From positions 23,774 through 87,773 of the IMG/VR virus record IMGVR_UViG_3300042922_000827: 64,000 nucleotides of DNA, one strand, 5' to 3'. This DNA comes from a virus. Shown piece after piece: positions 1 through 9,290 of this stretch. How positions within the stretch are numbered: the stretch's first letter is position 1; every line of letters begins with the position of its first letter. The notes beneath the pieces are model-generated. The model was not told the origin of the DNA. It worked only from the letters and a program-made list of their open reading frames with translations, and searched no databases. A program made the translations under genes and the position numbers.

Positions 1-139
1 TTCCATCCTTCATTAAGTTAAGAACACCTGTATAATGTTCTTGCCAGCTTGCCATGGTTATATCTTTGGTATGTAAAACCATGGTTCCTGTCTTAATAAG
101 TTCATCGTAAATATAGTAGTTTTTAAAATTGTTTAACAT
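1..139 (-). CDS. 5' end of an early gene running off the window (MLNNFKNYYIYDELIKTGTMVLHTKD...)
   Basis: ATG at 139 with GGGGG RBS; frame open to window edge; early promoter at 204-222 upstream. Confidence 0.6.
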   Translation of the reverse strand, partial: MLNNFKNYYIYDELIKTGTMVLHTKDITMASWQEHYTGVLNLMKDG

Positions 140-203
140 TCGCAGCCCCCCTAATTTACCTCATAGTATATTATTAAGTTGAGTTAGATTTAAGAATCCA
201 TTC

Positions 204-222
204 TCAAGTATATAATATATAA
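204..222 (-). promoter_or_regulatory. early-type phage promoter TTATATATTATA-N4-TGA
   Basis: exact motif on minus strand; one of 12 intergenic copies; core TATATTAT matches the AR9 early promoter. Confidence 0.75.
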
Positions 223-234
223 TCAAGACAAAAT

Positions 235-266
235 ATAAGAGGGATAGCAATTGCTATCCCTCTTAT
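235..266. terminator. 32-bp perfect palindrome, putative intrinsic terminator
   Basis: ATAAGAGGGATAGCAA|TTGCTATCCCTCTTAT just after the stop of 271..699. Confidence 0.75.
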
Positions 267-270
267 TTAA

Positions 271-699
271 TTATCTACCAATAGGACGTGTGAATGCATT
301 TGGAGTAAGTTTAAGCAAACTCTTTTGAGCAACAACAGCATCTTTCTTAACGCGAGTGGCATACTTGTTCATAATTTTGCCAATTAGATCGCGTTCTTTA
401 ATACGATTTTTGCGTAGAGCTTCCCAGTTAGCATCACCGTCTTCTTTTGCTTTTTGAAAAGCGGCAATTTTAACACGACGAGTTAAATCATCCATTTTAG
501 ATAAACGAACAATCGTTTTCTTTCCGATAACTCCAGCTTCTTCTAAAGCCTTCACTTCATCAGAACCAAGATATTCAGTTCTTTGATCTTCAGTCATCAT
601 AGCAACTTCTTGTTCAAAGATTTTTTCCATTAGGGCATTCTGATCTGTTACTCCAGATTCTTCATTTAACGCAGATGTTTCTTCAATAAAAAATGGCAT
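271..699 (-). CDS. putative prohead core/scaffold protein (late)
   Basis: start MPFFIEE with GGGG RBS; N-terminal FIEE, ALNEES, ALEEA glutamate sites; basic C-terminus; late promoter motifs at 718-729 and 764-775. Confidence 0.4.
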   Translation of the reverse strand: MPFFIEETSALNEESGVTDQNALMEKIFEQEVAMMTEDQRTEYLGSDEVKALEEAGVIGKKTIVRLSKMDDLTRRVKIAAFQKAKEDGDANWEALRKNRIKERDLIGKIMNKYATRVKKDAVVAQKSLLKLTPNAFTRPIGR

Positions 700-874
700 T
701 TTAAAAAACCCCCTTAATATATTCTTGTTTATATACAGCGCCCACATTAGACACGCTATAGATTATTTAGATGTTTTATAATTATAAACATATTGAATCA
801 TTGAATATAAAACTTTAATACCCATCTTACATTCATATAATGATCTAAATACATTGATAAAGGGGTAATTAGAG

Positions 875-2983
875 ATGTTACAAGGAAAACTACTAGATAG
901 ATATACTGGTATACTAAAGAGAATTATGCCGTTATCTATCCCAGCTTTAACTGATGGGGAGATAGATGAAGCTATTCAATATTCTATTATGAAGAGATTT
1001 AAAGATAGTGATTGTACTATTCACAATAATTACAAGCACAAAACTGTTAATACAAGTATAGCACAGCTTACAGAGTATATATTGGATAAAGAGCCAATCA
1101 TGACTTCGTATGGTTGTCTATTTACTAAACATGGTAAAGTAAAGAATCCTTTATATGATTTAATCGAAGAAATTGTAACTATTAGAGACAAGTTTAAACA
1201 TGAAATGTTTAAATATAAGAAAGGTACAGAAGAATACGAAAAGTATTTTCTATTACAACTATTAGCAAAAGTAGATGCAAACGCTTTATACGGATGCCTT
1301 GGGAATTATAGCTCGATGTTCTATAATATTTACGTTGCAACAAGTATTACTCGTCAGGGGAAATCTGCTATCTCTGCTTCGATTATGCTATTTGAGGGGC
1401 TGTTAGCTAATAATGTAAAATTTGGTTCTCTGAATGAAATTATTACATTTATAGATAATACAGTATCAGAAGAAAGAATTTATGACGATAGACAAATATT
1501 AGATAGAGAAGTATCTCTAGCCGAAGCGTATTGTAAAGTTATGGGAACATGTGGATATAATTGGATACCAGATAGGAAAGATGCTAATCTTGTATGGGAT
1601 ATTATGACTAGATTAACTCCACAAGATTTGACTAGATTATATTATAAAAATAATATGTATGCCTTTTTCAATAATAGCTTTATAAATAATCTTCTTATGA
1701 AAATTTTATGTACTCTTAAACTTCCATTCTTAGATCCAAATAAACCACCTAAAGAAATTAAAAATGATCTAAATCAATTAATTGAATATATAAAAGAATA
1801 TGTATATTATGGATATCAGATTATCGATAAACTCGATAGAGTTGAAACTATGACTCGCGATGTTGTTCTTGTCACAGATACAGATTCTTGTATCATTAGT
1901 TTAGAGCCATGGTATAGGTTTGTATTAGATAAGACTAAATATTTTAGTAGCGATCAAATGAATATAAAAAACGAGATTATAGATATCATAGAATATATGA
2001 AGATGGATTCATTTGGAGATAGAGAATTGCTTCCTATTGTAGAAAGGGTAGATCCTTCATATGATTATGATTTTTATGATGAAACTCTTATCGAACAGCA
2101 AAGACTAATCAATCCAGTTAATGTTATTCCTCAGGATGGGCTTAGACATTCAATTATAAATATAATGTCATATTGTGTAAGCCAGCTCATACTAGATTAT
2201 ATGTATAAATATACTATCAATCATAACTCAGCTGCTCCTAGCAGAAAATGTCTTCTTATAATGAAGAATGAATTTTTATTCAAAACTATTTTACTTACTG
2301 ATGGTAAAAAGAACTATGCGGCTATACAAGAAATACAAGAAGGAAATCTTATACCAAAAGGAATAGATACACAATTAGCAATTTCTGGACTTCCTATTGA
2401 TAAGGTTGGCATACCAGAATCTACTGGTAAAGAGCTTAAAAGAATATTGTATGAGGATATATTAAACTCTGGAGATATTGATCAGATTCAAACTCTTAAG
2501 GATATAGCAATACTTGAAAGAAAGATATTCAATTCAATAGAAAATGGGGAAACAAAATATCATAAGCCGGCAAGAATAAAATCTTTGAGCACATATGATA
2601 CTCCATTTAGAATCCAAGGAATTAAAGCATCTGTAGCATATAATGCTCTTAAAGATGAACATGAAGATCCTATTGATTTAAGCAGACGTAACAGTATACT
2701 TATCATTAAGGTAAATATCAGTCAAAAAATTATTGAAGGTCTGAAAGAATCTAATCCTAATAAATATGAACAGATGACAAATCTTTTAGCAACAAAAGAA
2801 TTTAAGGGTTCAGTTGAGGCTATAGGAATACCATCTAATGCTTCTATACCAAGTTGGGTAATTGAATTTATTGATTACAATACAATTATTCATGATAACC
2901 TAACTAACTTCCCATTAGAATCAATTGGTATTACTCGCCTCAATAATAAAAATATAACATATTCCAATATATTGGAATTATAA
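875..2983 (+). CDS. polB: family B DNA polymerase, polymerase subunit (split, phiKZ/AR9-like)
   Basis: motif B KVDANALYG, motif C VTDTDS, KKNYA; no N-terminal 3'-5' exonuclease motifs seen. Confidence 0.85.
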   Translation: MLQGKLLDRYTGILKRIMPLSIPALTDGEIDEAIQYSIMKRFKDSDCTIHNNYKHKTVNTSIAQLTEYILDKEPIMTSYGCLFTKHGKVKNPLYDLIEEIVTIRDKFKHEMFKYKKGTEEYEKYFLLQLLAKVDANALYGCLGNYSSMFYNIYVATSITRQGKSAISASIMLFEGLLANNVKFGSLNEIITFIDNTVSEERIYDDRQILDREVSLAEAYCKVMGTCGYNWIPDRKDANLVWDIMTRLTPQDLTRLYYKNNMYAFFNNSFINNLLMKILCTLKLPFLDPNKPPKEIKNDLNQLIEYIKEYVYYGYQIIDKLDRVETMTRDVVLVTDTDSCIISLEPWYRFVLDKTKYFSSDQMNIKNEIIDIIEYMKMDSFGDRELLPIVERVDPSYDYDFYDETLIEQQRLINPVNVIPQDGLRHSIINIMSYCVSQLILDYMYKYTINHNSAAPSRKCLLIMKNEFLFKTILLTDGKKNYAAIQEIQEGNLIPKGIDTQLAISGLPIDKVGIPESTGKELKRILYEDILNSGDIDQIQTLKDIAILERKIFNSIENGETKYHKPARIKSLSTYDTPFRIQGIKASVAYNALKDEHEDPIDLSRRNSILIIKVNISQKIIEGLKESNPNKYEQMTNLLATKEFKGSVEAIGIPSNASIPSWVIEFIDYNTIIHDNLTNFPLESIGITRLNNKNITYSNILEL

Positions 2984-2988
2984 GGAGA
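2947..2988 (+). repeat. 42-bp direct repeat, copy 1
   Basis: TAAAAATATAACATATTCCAATATATTGGAATTATAAGGAGA, identical to 3608-3649. Confidence 0.95.
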
Positions 2989-2997
2989 AGAGAGAAA

Positions 2998-3618
2998 ATG
3001 AAAACAAGAGAAGAAATGTTAGATGCAGAGCTAAAATATAGATTTGCATCATTTACCGAAGATCTAAACAGATATAATGATAACTTAAAGAAGTCTATTG
3101 AAATTAGGAAAAAACTTCTAATCAACGTACCAGCTACTGTGAAAAATGAAGAGAATTATAAAATTTATGTAAACGCTTCATTAGATACTCTTATTTTTGA
3201 ACAAAAACATTTACAAAAACTTATTGATAGGCATCTCACCACATGTATTGAATCTAAGATGAAAATATTAGATTTGGAAATAGAAGAGCAATTTAAAGAA
3301 AATATTAATAAACTCAAAAATATAGCAAAAGATATATGCAATATAAAATATGACATAGATGCAATTGTAGCTAATATAGAATCTATGTCAATAGACTATA
3401 GTAATAGTACAATACTAGAAGGGGTTTCTATTTTTAATAAAAATATGATTAATTCTATTAAAAATAGAAACGAGCAATTAAATACCATACCGTCTGCTAT
3501 AGCTGATGCCACTCAATATAAGCGAGAAATCAATACTTCACTATGTTTTGTTTGCGAGCTTGAATACTTTAAATTGCAAAAAATTATTAATAGCAATACA
3601 ATAATAGTAAAAATATAA
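2998..3618 (+). CDS. hypothetical helical protein with internal duplication
   Basis: ORF with AAGGAG RBS; LQKLIDRH and LQKIINSN motifs. Confidence 0.75.
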   Translation: MKTREEMLDAELKYRFASFTEDLNRYNDNLKKSIEIRKKLLINVPATVKNEENYKIYVNASLDTLIFEQKHLQKLIDRHLTTCIESKMKILDLEIEEQFKENINKLKNIAKDICNIKYDIDAIVANIESMSIDYSNSTILEGVSIFNKNMINSIKNRNEQLNTIPSAIADATQYKREINTSLCFVCELEYFKLQKIINSNTIIVKI

Positions 3619-3649
3619 CATATTCCAATATATTGGAATTATAAGGAGA
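3608..3649 (+). repeat. 42-bp direct repeat, copy 2
   Basis: identical to 2947-2988. Confidence 0.95.
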
Positions 3650-3656
3650 TATTAAA

Positions 3657-4022
3657 ATGGCACACGATACTGAAAAATTTGAAGATCAGTGGAAAATAAT
3701 ATATAAAGCAGAACCAAAAGAGGATGCAGGCAATATTGTATCCTCTAACTCAAATACAGAGCCAGACAATTATGAAAACCTGTCAGTGAAAAGATTTAAA
3801 ACAGCTTTAGCTAAAGATCCAAATTCATCTTTAGTTGATGATATTAAAACATATGATGAATATTTAAAGAAGTATATAAAAGATGTAGAGATATTGCTTA
3901 TACTATCCGCTCCTCCAGGTATAGATCCAGAGTATTGTAGAATTGCAAGACAGTCTGCTCTTGATCAATTGACCGACAACCAAAATTGTTTGCAAAAAAT
4001 TATTGATAAGCATACAATATAA
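3657..4022 (+). CDS. hypothetical protein, paralog of 2998..3618
   Basis: AAGGAG RBS; SALDQL...LQKIIDKH resembles ASLDTL...LQKLIDRH. Confidence 0.75.
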   Translation: MAHDTEKFEDQWKIIYKAEPKEDAGNIVSSNSNTEPDNYENLSVKRFKTALAKDPNSSLVDDIKTYDEYLKKYIKDVEILLILSAPPGIDPEYCRIARQSALDQLTDNQNCLQKIIDKHTI

Positions 4023-4046
4023 TAAAAAATAAAGGGGGTATTTCGC

Positions 4047-4340
4047 ATGAAATTATCTGAAATCAAAACTAGTAAATTATTGCTAAACTATATCGCGGAA
4101 TTTATTTTAAAGCTATCTAACTTTGAAGCTGTACATAATGTAGTATTAATTCAAAAAGAAACCAATACTATCAAAGCTTCACTTATAGGGGCAAGCGAGT
4201 TTAATGCCGATCTAGCACGAGTAACTTCTGCTCTTGTTAGATTAAATAAACTCAATGGTGGCAATGATCGCATTCGTGCAATCTATGCTACAGTTAAAGA
4301 CGAAAACGTTAAAAAACGTTTCGCAAAATACATACAATAA
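4047..4340 (+). CDS. hypothetical protein
   Basis: 97-aa ORF with AGGGGG RBS, followed by a hairpin. Confidence 0.75.
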   Translation: MKLSEIKTSKLLLNYIAEFILKLSNFEAVHNVVLIQKETNTIKASLIGASEFNADLARVTSALVRLNKLNGGNDRIRAIYATVKDENVKKRFAKYIQ

Positions 4341-4383
4341 ACAATACACCCGTATCCTCAAAAGGGATACGGGTGTATTGTTT
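4339..4383 (+). terminator. intrinsic terminator hairpin
   Basis: 19-bp stem AAACAATACACCCGTATCC / GGATACGGGTGTATTGTTT. Confidence 0.75.
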
Positions 4384-4407
4384 CTATAATAAAAGGAGAG
4401 AATAATT

Positions 4408-4725
4408 ATGGAAATATCTAGAGAAGAATATATGAAAATGCAATTAGCTATATTCGATTTAACTACAAAGTTACAAGATGCTGATAAAAAGGCAGAAGAA
4501 AAATTTATAAATAATTTATTATATGCTAAAGACGAAACCGTAAATAAGATCATCCAAAGAGCAATAGCGGCAGAAACTGAGCTGAGCAGATTAAAGGAAA
4601 GATTCGATACTATTAATGATTTAAATAAACAAATTTTAAAAGATCAAAAAGATACCATAGATAAAGCGTATAATCTAGCAATACTTCATGAAGAGATGAA
4701 TAAAAGAATGGAAGATATAAGATAG
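4408..4725 (+). CDS. hypothetical coiled-coil protein
   Basis: AAGGAG RBS; heptad-like helical sequence. Confidence 0.7.
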   Translation: MEISREEYMKMQLAIFDLTTKLQDADKKAEEKFINNLLYAKDETVNKIIQRAIAAETELSRLKERFDTINDLNKQILKDQKDTIDKAYNLAILHEEMNKRMEDIR

Positions 4726-4736
4726 GAGCATAGAAA

Positions 4737-5024
4737 ATGGACACTAAATTTGATGAATTGGTTAGAAATGTAACACTTGCATATACAACAGGTGAAAAGA
4801 TAAGAATTAAGGAAAGTATTAATTTGGCACAAAAATTATTGCTTACAGATAAGTGTGAAATTAATACTGAAGAGTGTAGAGAGATGATTATATCTACACC
4901 ATTACGCCTTACATGGATGACTAAAAAGGAAATTGAAGGCAAAGAATTTTTGGCAATTAAGTATAAAGATATAGCAATAGAATTCTACTCTACTGATATT
5001 GTACATACACCTCCTCAGAAATAA
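4737..5024 (+). CDS. hypothetical protein
   Basis: AGGAG RBS; 95-aa ORF. Confidence 0.7.
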   Translation: MDTKFDELVRNVTLAYTTGEKIRIKESINLAQKLLLTDKCEINTEECREMIISTPLRLTWMTKKEIEGKEFLAIKYKDIAIEFYSTDIVHTPPQK

Positions 5025-5050
5025 AGATACGTTAAAGACCGATATTTCAG

Positions 5051-5069
5051 TTATATATTATATATGTGA
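5051..5069 (+). promoter_or_regulatory. early-type promoter
   Basis: TTATATATTATA-TATG-TGA. Confidence 0.75.
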
Positions 5070-5132
5070 GAATAAATAAAATATATAGACTGAAGCTCGA
5101 ATATATCGACCAGTCAAAGAGGAGAATATAAA

Positions 5133-6209
5133 ATGATAGTTAATATTGAAGGTACAAAAGTAGAGTTTAATGTAGTGGCTGACGAAGATAGAAATAATGC
5201 TCTAGAGGAAGTATTTGCTATATTAGGATTCGATCAGCGACCACATGCTAAAGATTGCGATGGCGAAACTCCAGTTCATATGTTAAAACAAATACCAGTA
5301 GATGAAAAAGCAGGATATGTCGAAAGGGTTAATTTATTAGACATAGTTACTATTCTTGGTAGCAGATTTAATATCGAATTTGATTACAAAGATAATCTTG
5401 ATATTGTTTGTGAAAGAATGGAGAAGATTTTCTGCGATCCTCAATCTGCCGCAATGATTACTAGACAAGCTGTTTTAGAATATCAAAAAACATCAGATCT
5501 AGCAACAGATATGTTAGAGTTTATCAAAATATTTGATAGATGTAACGATGCTTCCATTTCGATAGATATGAAAGATAAGAAAATAAATATACTCGAAAGT
5601 GGAAATGTATTAGCATCCTTTGGTAAAGACGGTAGAGTAGAAATAGATTCTACTGCTCCTAAGAAATTTATCGAGTATATAAAAACAGAATTTAAAGATA
5701 CAATAGTTGTAGAAAAATTTAGCGAAGCAAATGTAACTGTTCTACCTCCAGATAAAAAGGAGCCACCAAAAATTTTACGAAAATCTATTGAGAGCGAACC
5801 TGTAAAGGAGAAACGGGAAACTGCTAATGGAAAAGTAATAGAAATAAATAATAAAGATAAAAATGAAATTGTCAAGGTTATACACAATCCTGAGACAACA
5901 ATTACTTTAGCAAATACGGAACAGATTGCCACAAGAATTGATATTGAGCTTTTGGGCAAATATATTAATATTGATAGTTTGAAAAATATACCATTTGAAT
6001 TTAAAGCTAAAGTTATGGCTAGGTTAGAAGGAGCATTACAAACAGTATTAAAATCGAAAGATGCTCATAAATTATTAAACAAAAATGAAAAGTATGGCAT
6101 CTCAAAATCCAATTTCTTTAGCAAAGATGTTTATAGTTTATTTAACGGAAAACGATATATGAAATTTATCGATGCAGAAAACTTCGTATTTGATACTAAG
6201 CTTAATTAA
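5133..6209 (+). CDS. hypothetical early protein
   Basis: 358-aa ORF, GAGGAG RBS, downstream of an early promoter. Confidence 0.8.
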   Translation: MIVNIEGTKVEFNVVADEDRNNALEEVFAILGFDQRPHAKDCDGETPVHMLKQIPVDEKAGYVERVNLLDIVTILGSRFNIEFDYKDNLDIVCERMEKIFCDPQSAAMITRQAVLEYQKTSDLATDMLEFIKIFDRCNDASISIDMKDKKINILESGNVLASFGKDGRVEIDSTAPKKFIEYIKTEFKDTIVVEKFSEANVTVLPPDKKEPPKILRKSIESEPVKEKRETANGKVIEINNKDKNEIVKVIHNPETTITLANTEQIATRIDIELLGKYINIDSLKNIPFEFKAKVMARLEGALQTVLKSKDAHKLLNKNEKYGISKSNFFSKDVYSLFNGKRYMKFIDAENFVFDTKLN

Positions 6210-6264
6210 AGTATTGGGGAGAAATTTCTCCCCTTTATTTTTTTAAGAGGGGTGAGGGGGCAAA

Positions 6265-7005
6265 ATGCAGGAATTAAAGTTCGAGAACTATAATAAAATT
6301 GAAGATATAGTGTACTACCTCGGACCAAATGCGGTATTAAAGATGAATCTATCTATGTATAGCAGTTCCGAAAAGTATGGGCGCAAAAGTTATCATCAAG
6401 AAATACAATACTACAATGATAAAATAGGAGAAAAGGTAATTAATATAAAAAGATCATTTGACTATTTCGCCACTATTGAAAATCTTAAAGCTGTAAATAG
6501 CATAAAACAATATATAATGATACGGCAACAAGATATATTGCTATTGCGTAAAGTAATGAATTCAGTGTTTGATATGTTTAACAAAGAATTCGATAATATG
6601 TTTGTCAAAAAGGGTGGGGTTGTCACTCTTAGGAATAAAATAACACCTGTAGAGTTTACTGGTTTGAATCTTGGGAAATATTTAGTATTCTCCCCAGATA
6701 TAATGGACACGGCAAATGGCGAGAAAATCGGATGTATTAGAATGAATCTATCTTCGCCTAATAATTTTGTTTTAATGCCAATAAGTAAATATAGTGGACT
6801 TCTAGAGTGTATAAATAATATGGATATGTTTTCATATGCTCAGGGAATGTTATCATATTTTGGTAGACCCAATTATGGAACAAATATGTATGACTTTACA
6901 GATTCTCAAGAGATAGAAGATAGTGTAGTTGCAAGGAGTGGTAGAAAGATACAAGCTAAATCTAATAAGTCTTATTTCGCAAATAAGATGGCTGAAATCG
7001 AATAG
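6265..7005 (+). CDS. hypothetical phage protein
   Basis: 246-aa ORF with GAGGGG RBS. Confidence 0.8.
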   Translation: MQELKFENYNKIEDIVYYLGPNAVLKMNLSMYSSSEKYGRKSYHQEIQYYNDKIGEKVINIKRSFDYFATIENLKAVNSIKQYIMIRQQDILLLRKVMNSVFDMFNKEFDNMFVKKGGVVTLRNKITPVEFTGLNLGKYLVFSPDIMDTANGEKIGCIRMNLSSPNNFVLMPISKYSGLLECINNMDMFSYAQGMLSYFGRPNYGTNMYDFTDSQEIEDSVVARSGRKIQAKSNKSYFANKMAEIE

Positions 7006-7010
7006 GATAG

Positions 7011-7037
7011 AGAGGTATAGCGTAACGCTATACCTCT
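7011..7037. terminator. bidirectional terminator between convergent genes
   Basis: AGAGGTATAGCGT-A-ACGCTATACCTCT followed by a T tract. Confidence 0.75.
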
Positions 7038-7044
7038 TTATTTT

Positions 7045-7797
7045 TTAATTTACAGTAATCATAATTGGTTGATTTGTGTTTGCAGCGCTAACATAATTAT
7101 CTTCTAGTTTCTGTACTATTTCTTCTCTTTTATTGGCTTTTTCTTCTATACTAGACAACTTAAGATCTGTATTTGCAAATACAGTTTCTACACCATCGTA
7201 GTGTTTAAGATATTCATATAAATATACTGCTACATCTGCCTGAGCCAGAGCTTCAAACGTTTCCATCTTAGTTGGTGCTATAGTCATTAAATTATTTGGG
7301 TGTTTTATTAATAGATTTATTGGGATACGATTGAAGTTGAGATGGTTGTTTGCTGTAGCTGAAGTTAATCTAATTTTATTTGGCGGATACCAATCTAAAT
7401 AAATACCATTATTAAATAGAGAATTATGATCTGCTGCCATTTGAGTCATCATAATATCCTCTACATCGTATGTAGTATTCATCATATTGAATGTTCCAAA
7501 CCCTCCCATTATCGTTGGCGACTTGGAGCTGAATTCGTGCCAGTCTATATCGGCTGCGCCTAAGATTTCTTGATTCTCGCATGTATCCTCATCTATTAAA
7601 TAGAACTCTCCCTTTTTATTTTGTGGTCCTAATATATATAGAATTTTATGAGGATAATATCTACTAAAAGTATCGAGTGTTTCGTTGTTTATAACCTTCT
7701 TTGCCCAATTATCTTTAGCAATATTTTTAGGAAGATTAAGAGGTTCTGTACCTAGTCTTCTTTCTATCTTATCTAAAAGACCAGTCATTCTATTCAT
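7045..7797 (-). CDS. putative neck/head-tail adaptor protein (T4 gp13-like)
   Basis: N-terminal LLDKIERRLG...ETLDTFSRYYP resembles the gp13 N-terminus; late-promoter variant TACA-N6-TA at 7812-7823. Confidence 0.55.
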   Translation of the reverse strand: MNRMTGLLDKIERRLGTEPLNLPKNIAKDNWAKKVINNETLDTFSRYYPHKILYILGPQNKKGEFYLIDEDTCENQEILGAADIDWHEFSSKSPTIMGGFGTFNMMNTTYDVEDIMMTQMAADHNSLFNNGIYLDWYPPNKIRLTSATANNHLNFNRIPINLLIKHPNNLMTIAPTKMETFEALAQADVAVYLYEYLKHYDGVETVFANTDLKLSSIEEKANKREEIVQKLEDNYVSAANTNQPIMITVN

Positions 7798-7837
7798 ATT
7801 TATCATCTCCTTATTTAAATGTAAATTTAATAATTGA

Positions 7838-7856
7838 TTATATATTATACATATGA
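7838..7856 (+). promoter_or_regulatory. early-type promoter
   Basis: TTATATATTATA-CATA-TGA. Confidence 0.75.
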
Positions 7857-7873
7857 GAAGAGGGGGAGTGAAA

Positions 7874-8635
7874 ATGAACTACTTTAACTACAAATACTAT
7901 ATTGATTCAGTGATGAACTTATTGAATGGGCAAGTCAATAAAAACTTACGATGTTACCGATATTCTTATATATACTCTACAGATAAAGTATATGCTAGAG
8001 AGTGTAATGGGGCAATTACATTTAATCTACAAAGCATGGCGTATGCATTTAGAAATATGGAACCTCTTACTAGATTTGCATACATAATTAGAACTACATC
8101 TCATGAGTTATCTCATGTAGATCAAGATGTAAATTACCATAAATATGAAAGGGACTATTCTTATAAAGCATGGATAGAAAAATCGAATGAATTAAACTCT
8201 GTATGTTTTATTATTGAGAATCTTAATATGATCAAAAGAAATTTAGGAGACTTTGATCATACAATTTTAGAAGATCTATATCAATATGCAAAGACTAATG
8301 GGACAAATTATATACCATCATCTAAGAGCAAAATGGTATCTAATATAATGGAAACTTATATGATAGATACTAATAAAACTAGATATAAAGAGCTAGATAC
8401 CATTTTACTAAATCTGAATGGTATACGTTATATGATAAAACACAAAGGAGAAGTAATAGATCCGAATATACTATATCCAGTGATAAATGAACTAAGTAAT
8501 TTTAATAGTATGAAGGTATTTAATCTTGTAAAGAAGGAAGATAATACTTTAATTATTAAAGTGCAAACAGATGACGAGCAAAGAAGATTAGAAGAAATAA
8601 TATTCAGGATAGATAAAAAATATATTATGGGATAA
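7874..8635 (+). CDS. HExxH zincin-like protein
   Basis: SHELSHVDQD plus downstream IE motif; paralog at 46284..46739. Confidence 0.55.
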   Translation: MNYFNYKYYIDSVMNLLNGQVNKNLRCYRYSYIYSTDKVYARECNGAITFNLQSMAYAFRNMEPLTRFAYIIRTTSHELSHVDQDVNYHKYERDYSYKAWIEKSNELNSVCFIIENLNMIKRNLGDFDHTILEDLYQYAKTNGTNYIPSSKSKMVSNIMETYMIDTNKTRYKELDTILLNLNGIRYMIKHKGEVIDPNILYPVINELSNFNSMKVFNLVKKEDNTLIIKVQTDDEQRRLEEIIFRIDKKYIMG

Positions 8636-8682
8636 CATAGAATAATAAAAAGTATGCCTAATGGCATACTTTTATTTTTTGC

Positions 8683-8701
8683 TTATATATTATATAAGTG
8701 A
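8683..8701 (+). promoter_or_regulatory. early-type promoter
   Basis: TTATATATTATA-TAAG-TGA directly after hairpin 8648-8673. Confidence 0.75.
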
Positions 8702-8737
8702 GCATTAGAAAAAATATATTAGTGGAGGTTATTTTAA

Positions 8738-9238
8738 ATGAACAAAAATACATTCAATGGTTTTATGCAGGACATGTGCAAATTATTAAAGGGTAAGGGT
8801 ATGTCGATTACTGAAATATCAGAAGTGATTGATGTTAACAAGTCGTCGTTATACGGATATATAGGGAATATTGAAAAGCAGTGGTGTCCAGAACGCAAAC
8901 ATAACAGCATTATAGAAAAATTTAAATCATTAGTAGGTGACGAAATGGTATATGTTTTAGATAAATATAATATGGTGCAAAAAGTTATAATTGATAAAAA
9001 TGAAACAGGAGAAGAGAAACCCAAACAGTCACCACAAACAATACTAGAAGATGTGTATACTATAGACGATATTGCTAATAGAGCTAGTCTATTAGAATTA
9101 GATCTAAAAAATCTTCATAGTTCTATTACTAACAAAATAGAAACCTTAGAAGAAGAATTGAAAAATCTCAAGGATCAGGAAAAAACTGTACGCGAAACTA
9201 TCCAAAACTTAAATATCTTAAAAGATATAAAGCGCTAA
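8738..9238 (+). CDS. HTH DNA-binding protein with C-terminal coiled coil
   Basis: GMSITEISEVIDVNKSSLYGYI helix-turn-helix pattern; GGAGG RBS. Confidence 0.6.
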   Translation: MNKNTFNGFMQDMCKLLKGKGMSITEISEVIDVNKSSLYGYIGNIEKQWCPERKHNSIIEKFKSLVGDEMVYVLDKYNMVQKVIIDKNETGEEKPKQSPQTILEDVYTIDDIANRASLLELDLKNLHSSITNKIETLEEELKNLKDQEKTVRETIQNLNILKDIKR

Positions 9239-9257
9239 AGATAAAATAAACAGAATG

Positions 9258-9283
9258 AGAGCTAGTGTATATACACTAGCTCT
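9258..9283. terminator. 26-bp perfect palindrome between convergent genes
   Basis: AGAGCTAGTGTAT|ATACACTAGCTCT. Confidence 0.75.
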
Positions 9284-9290
9284 TTATTTT

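Noticed and set aside
2947-3649. Palindromic 42-bp repeat as a CRISPR array
   Set aside because: Only two copies, separated by 619 bp containing a full gene; no cas genes.
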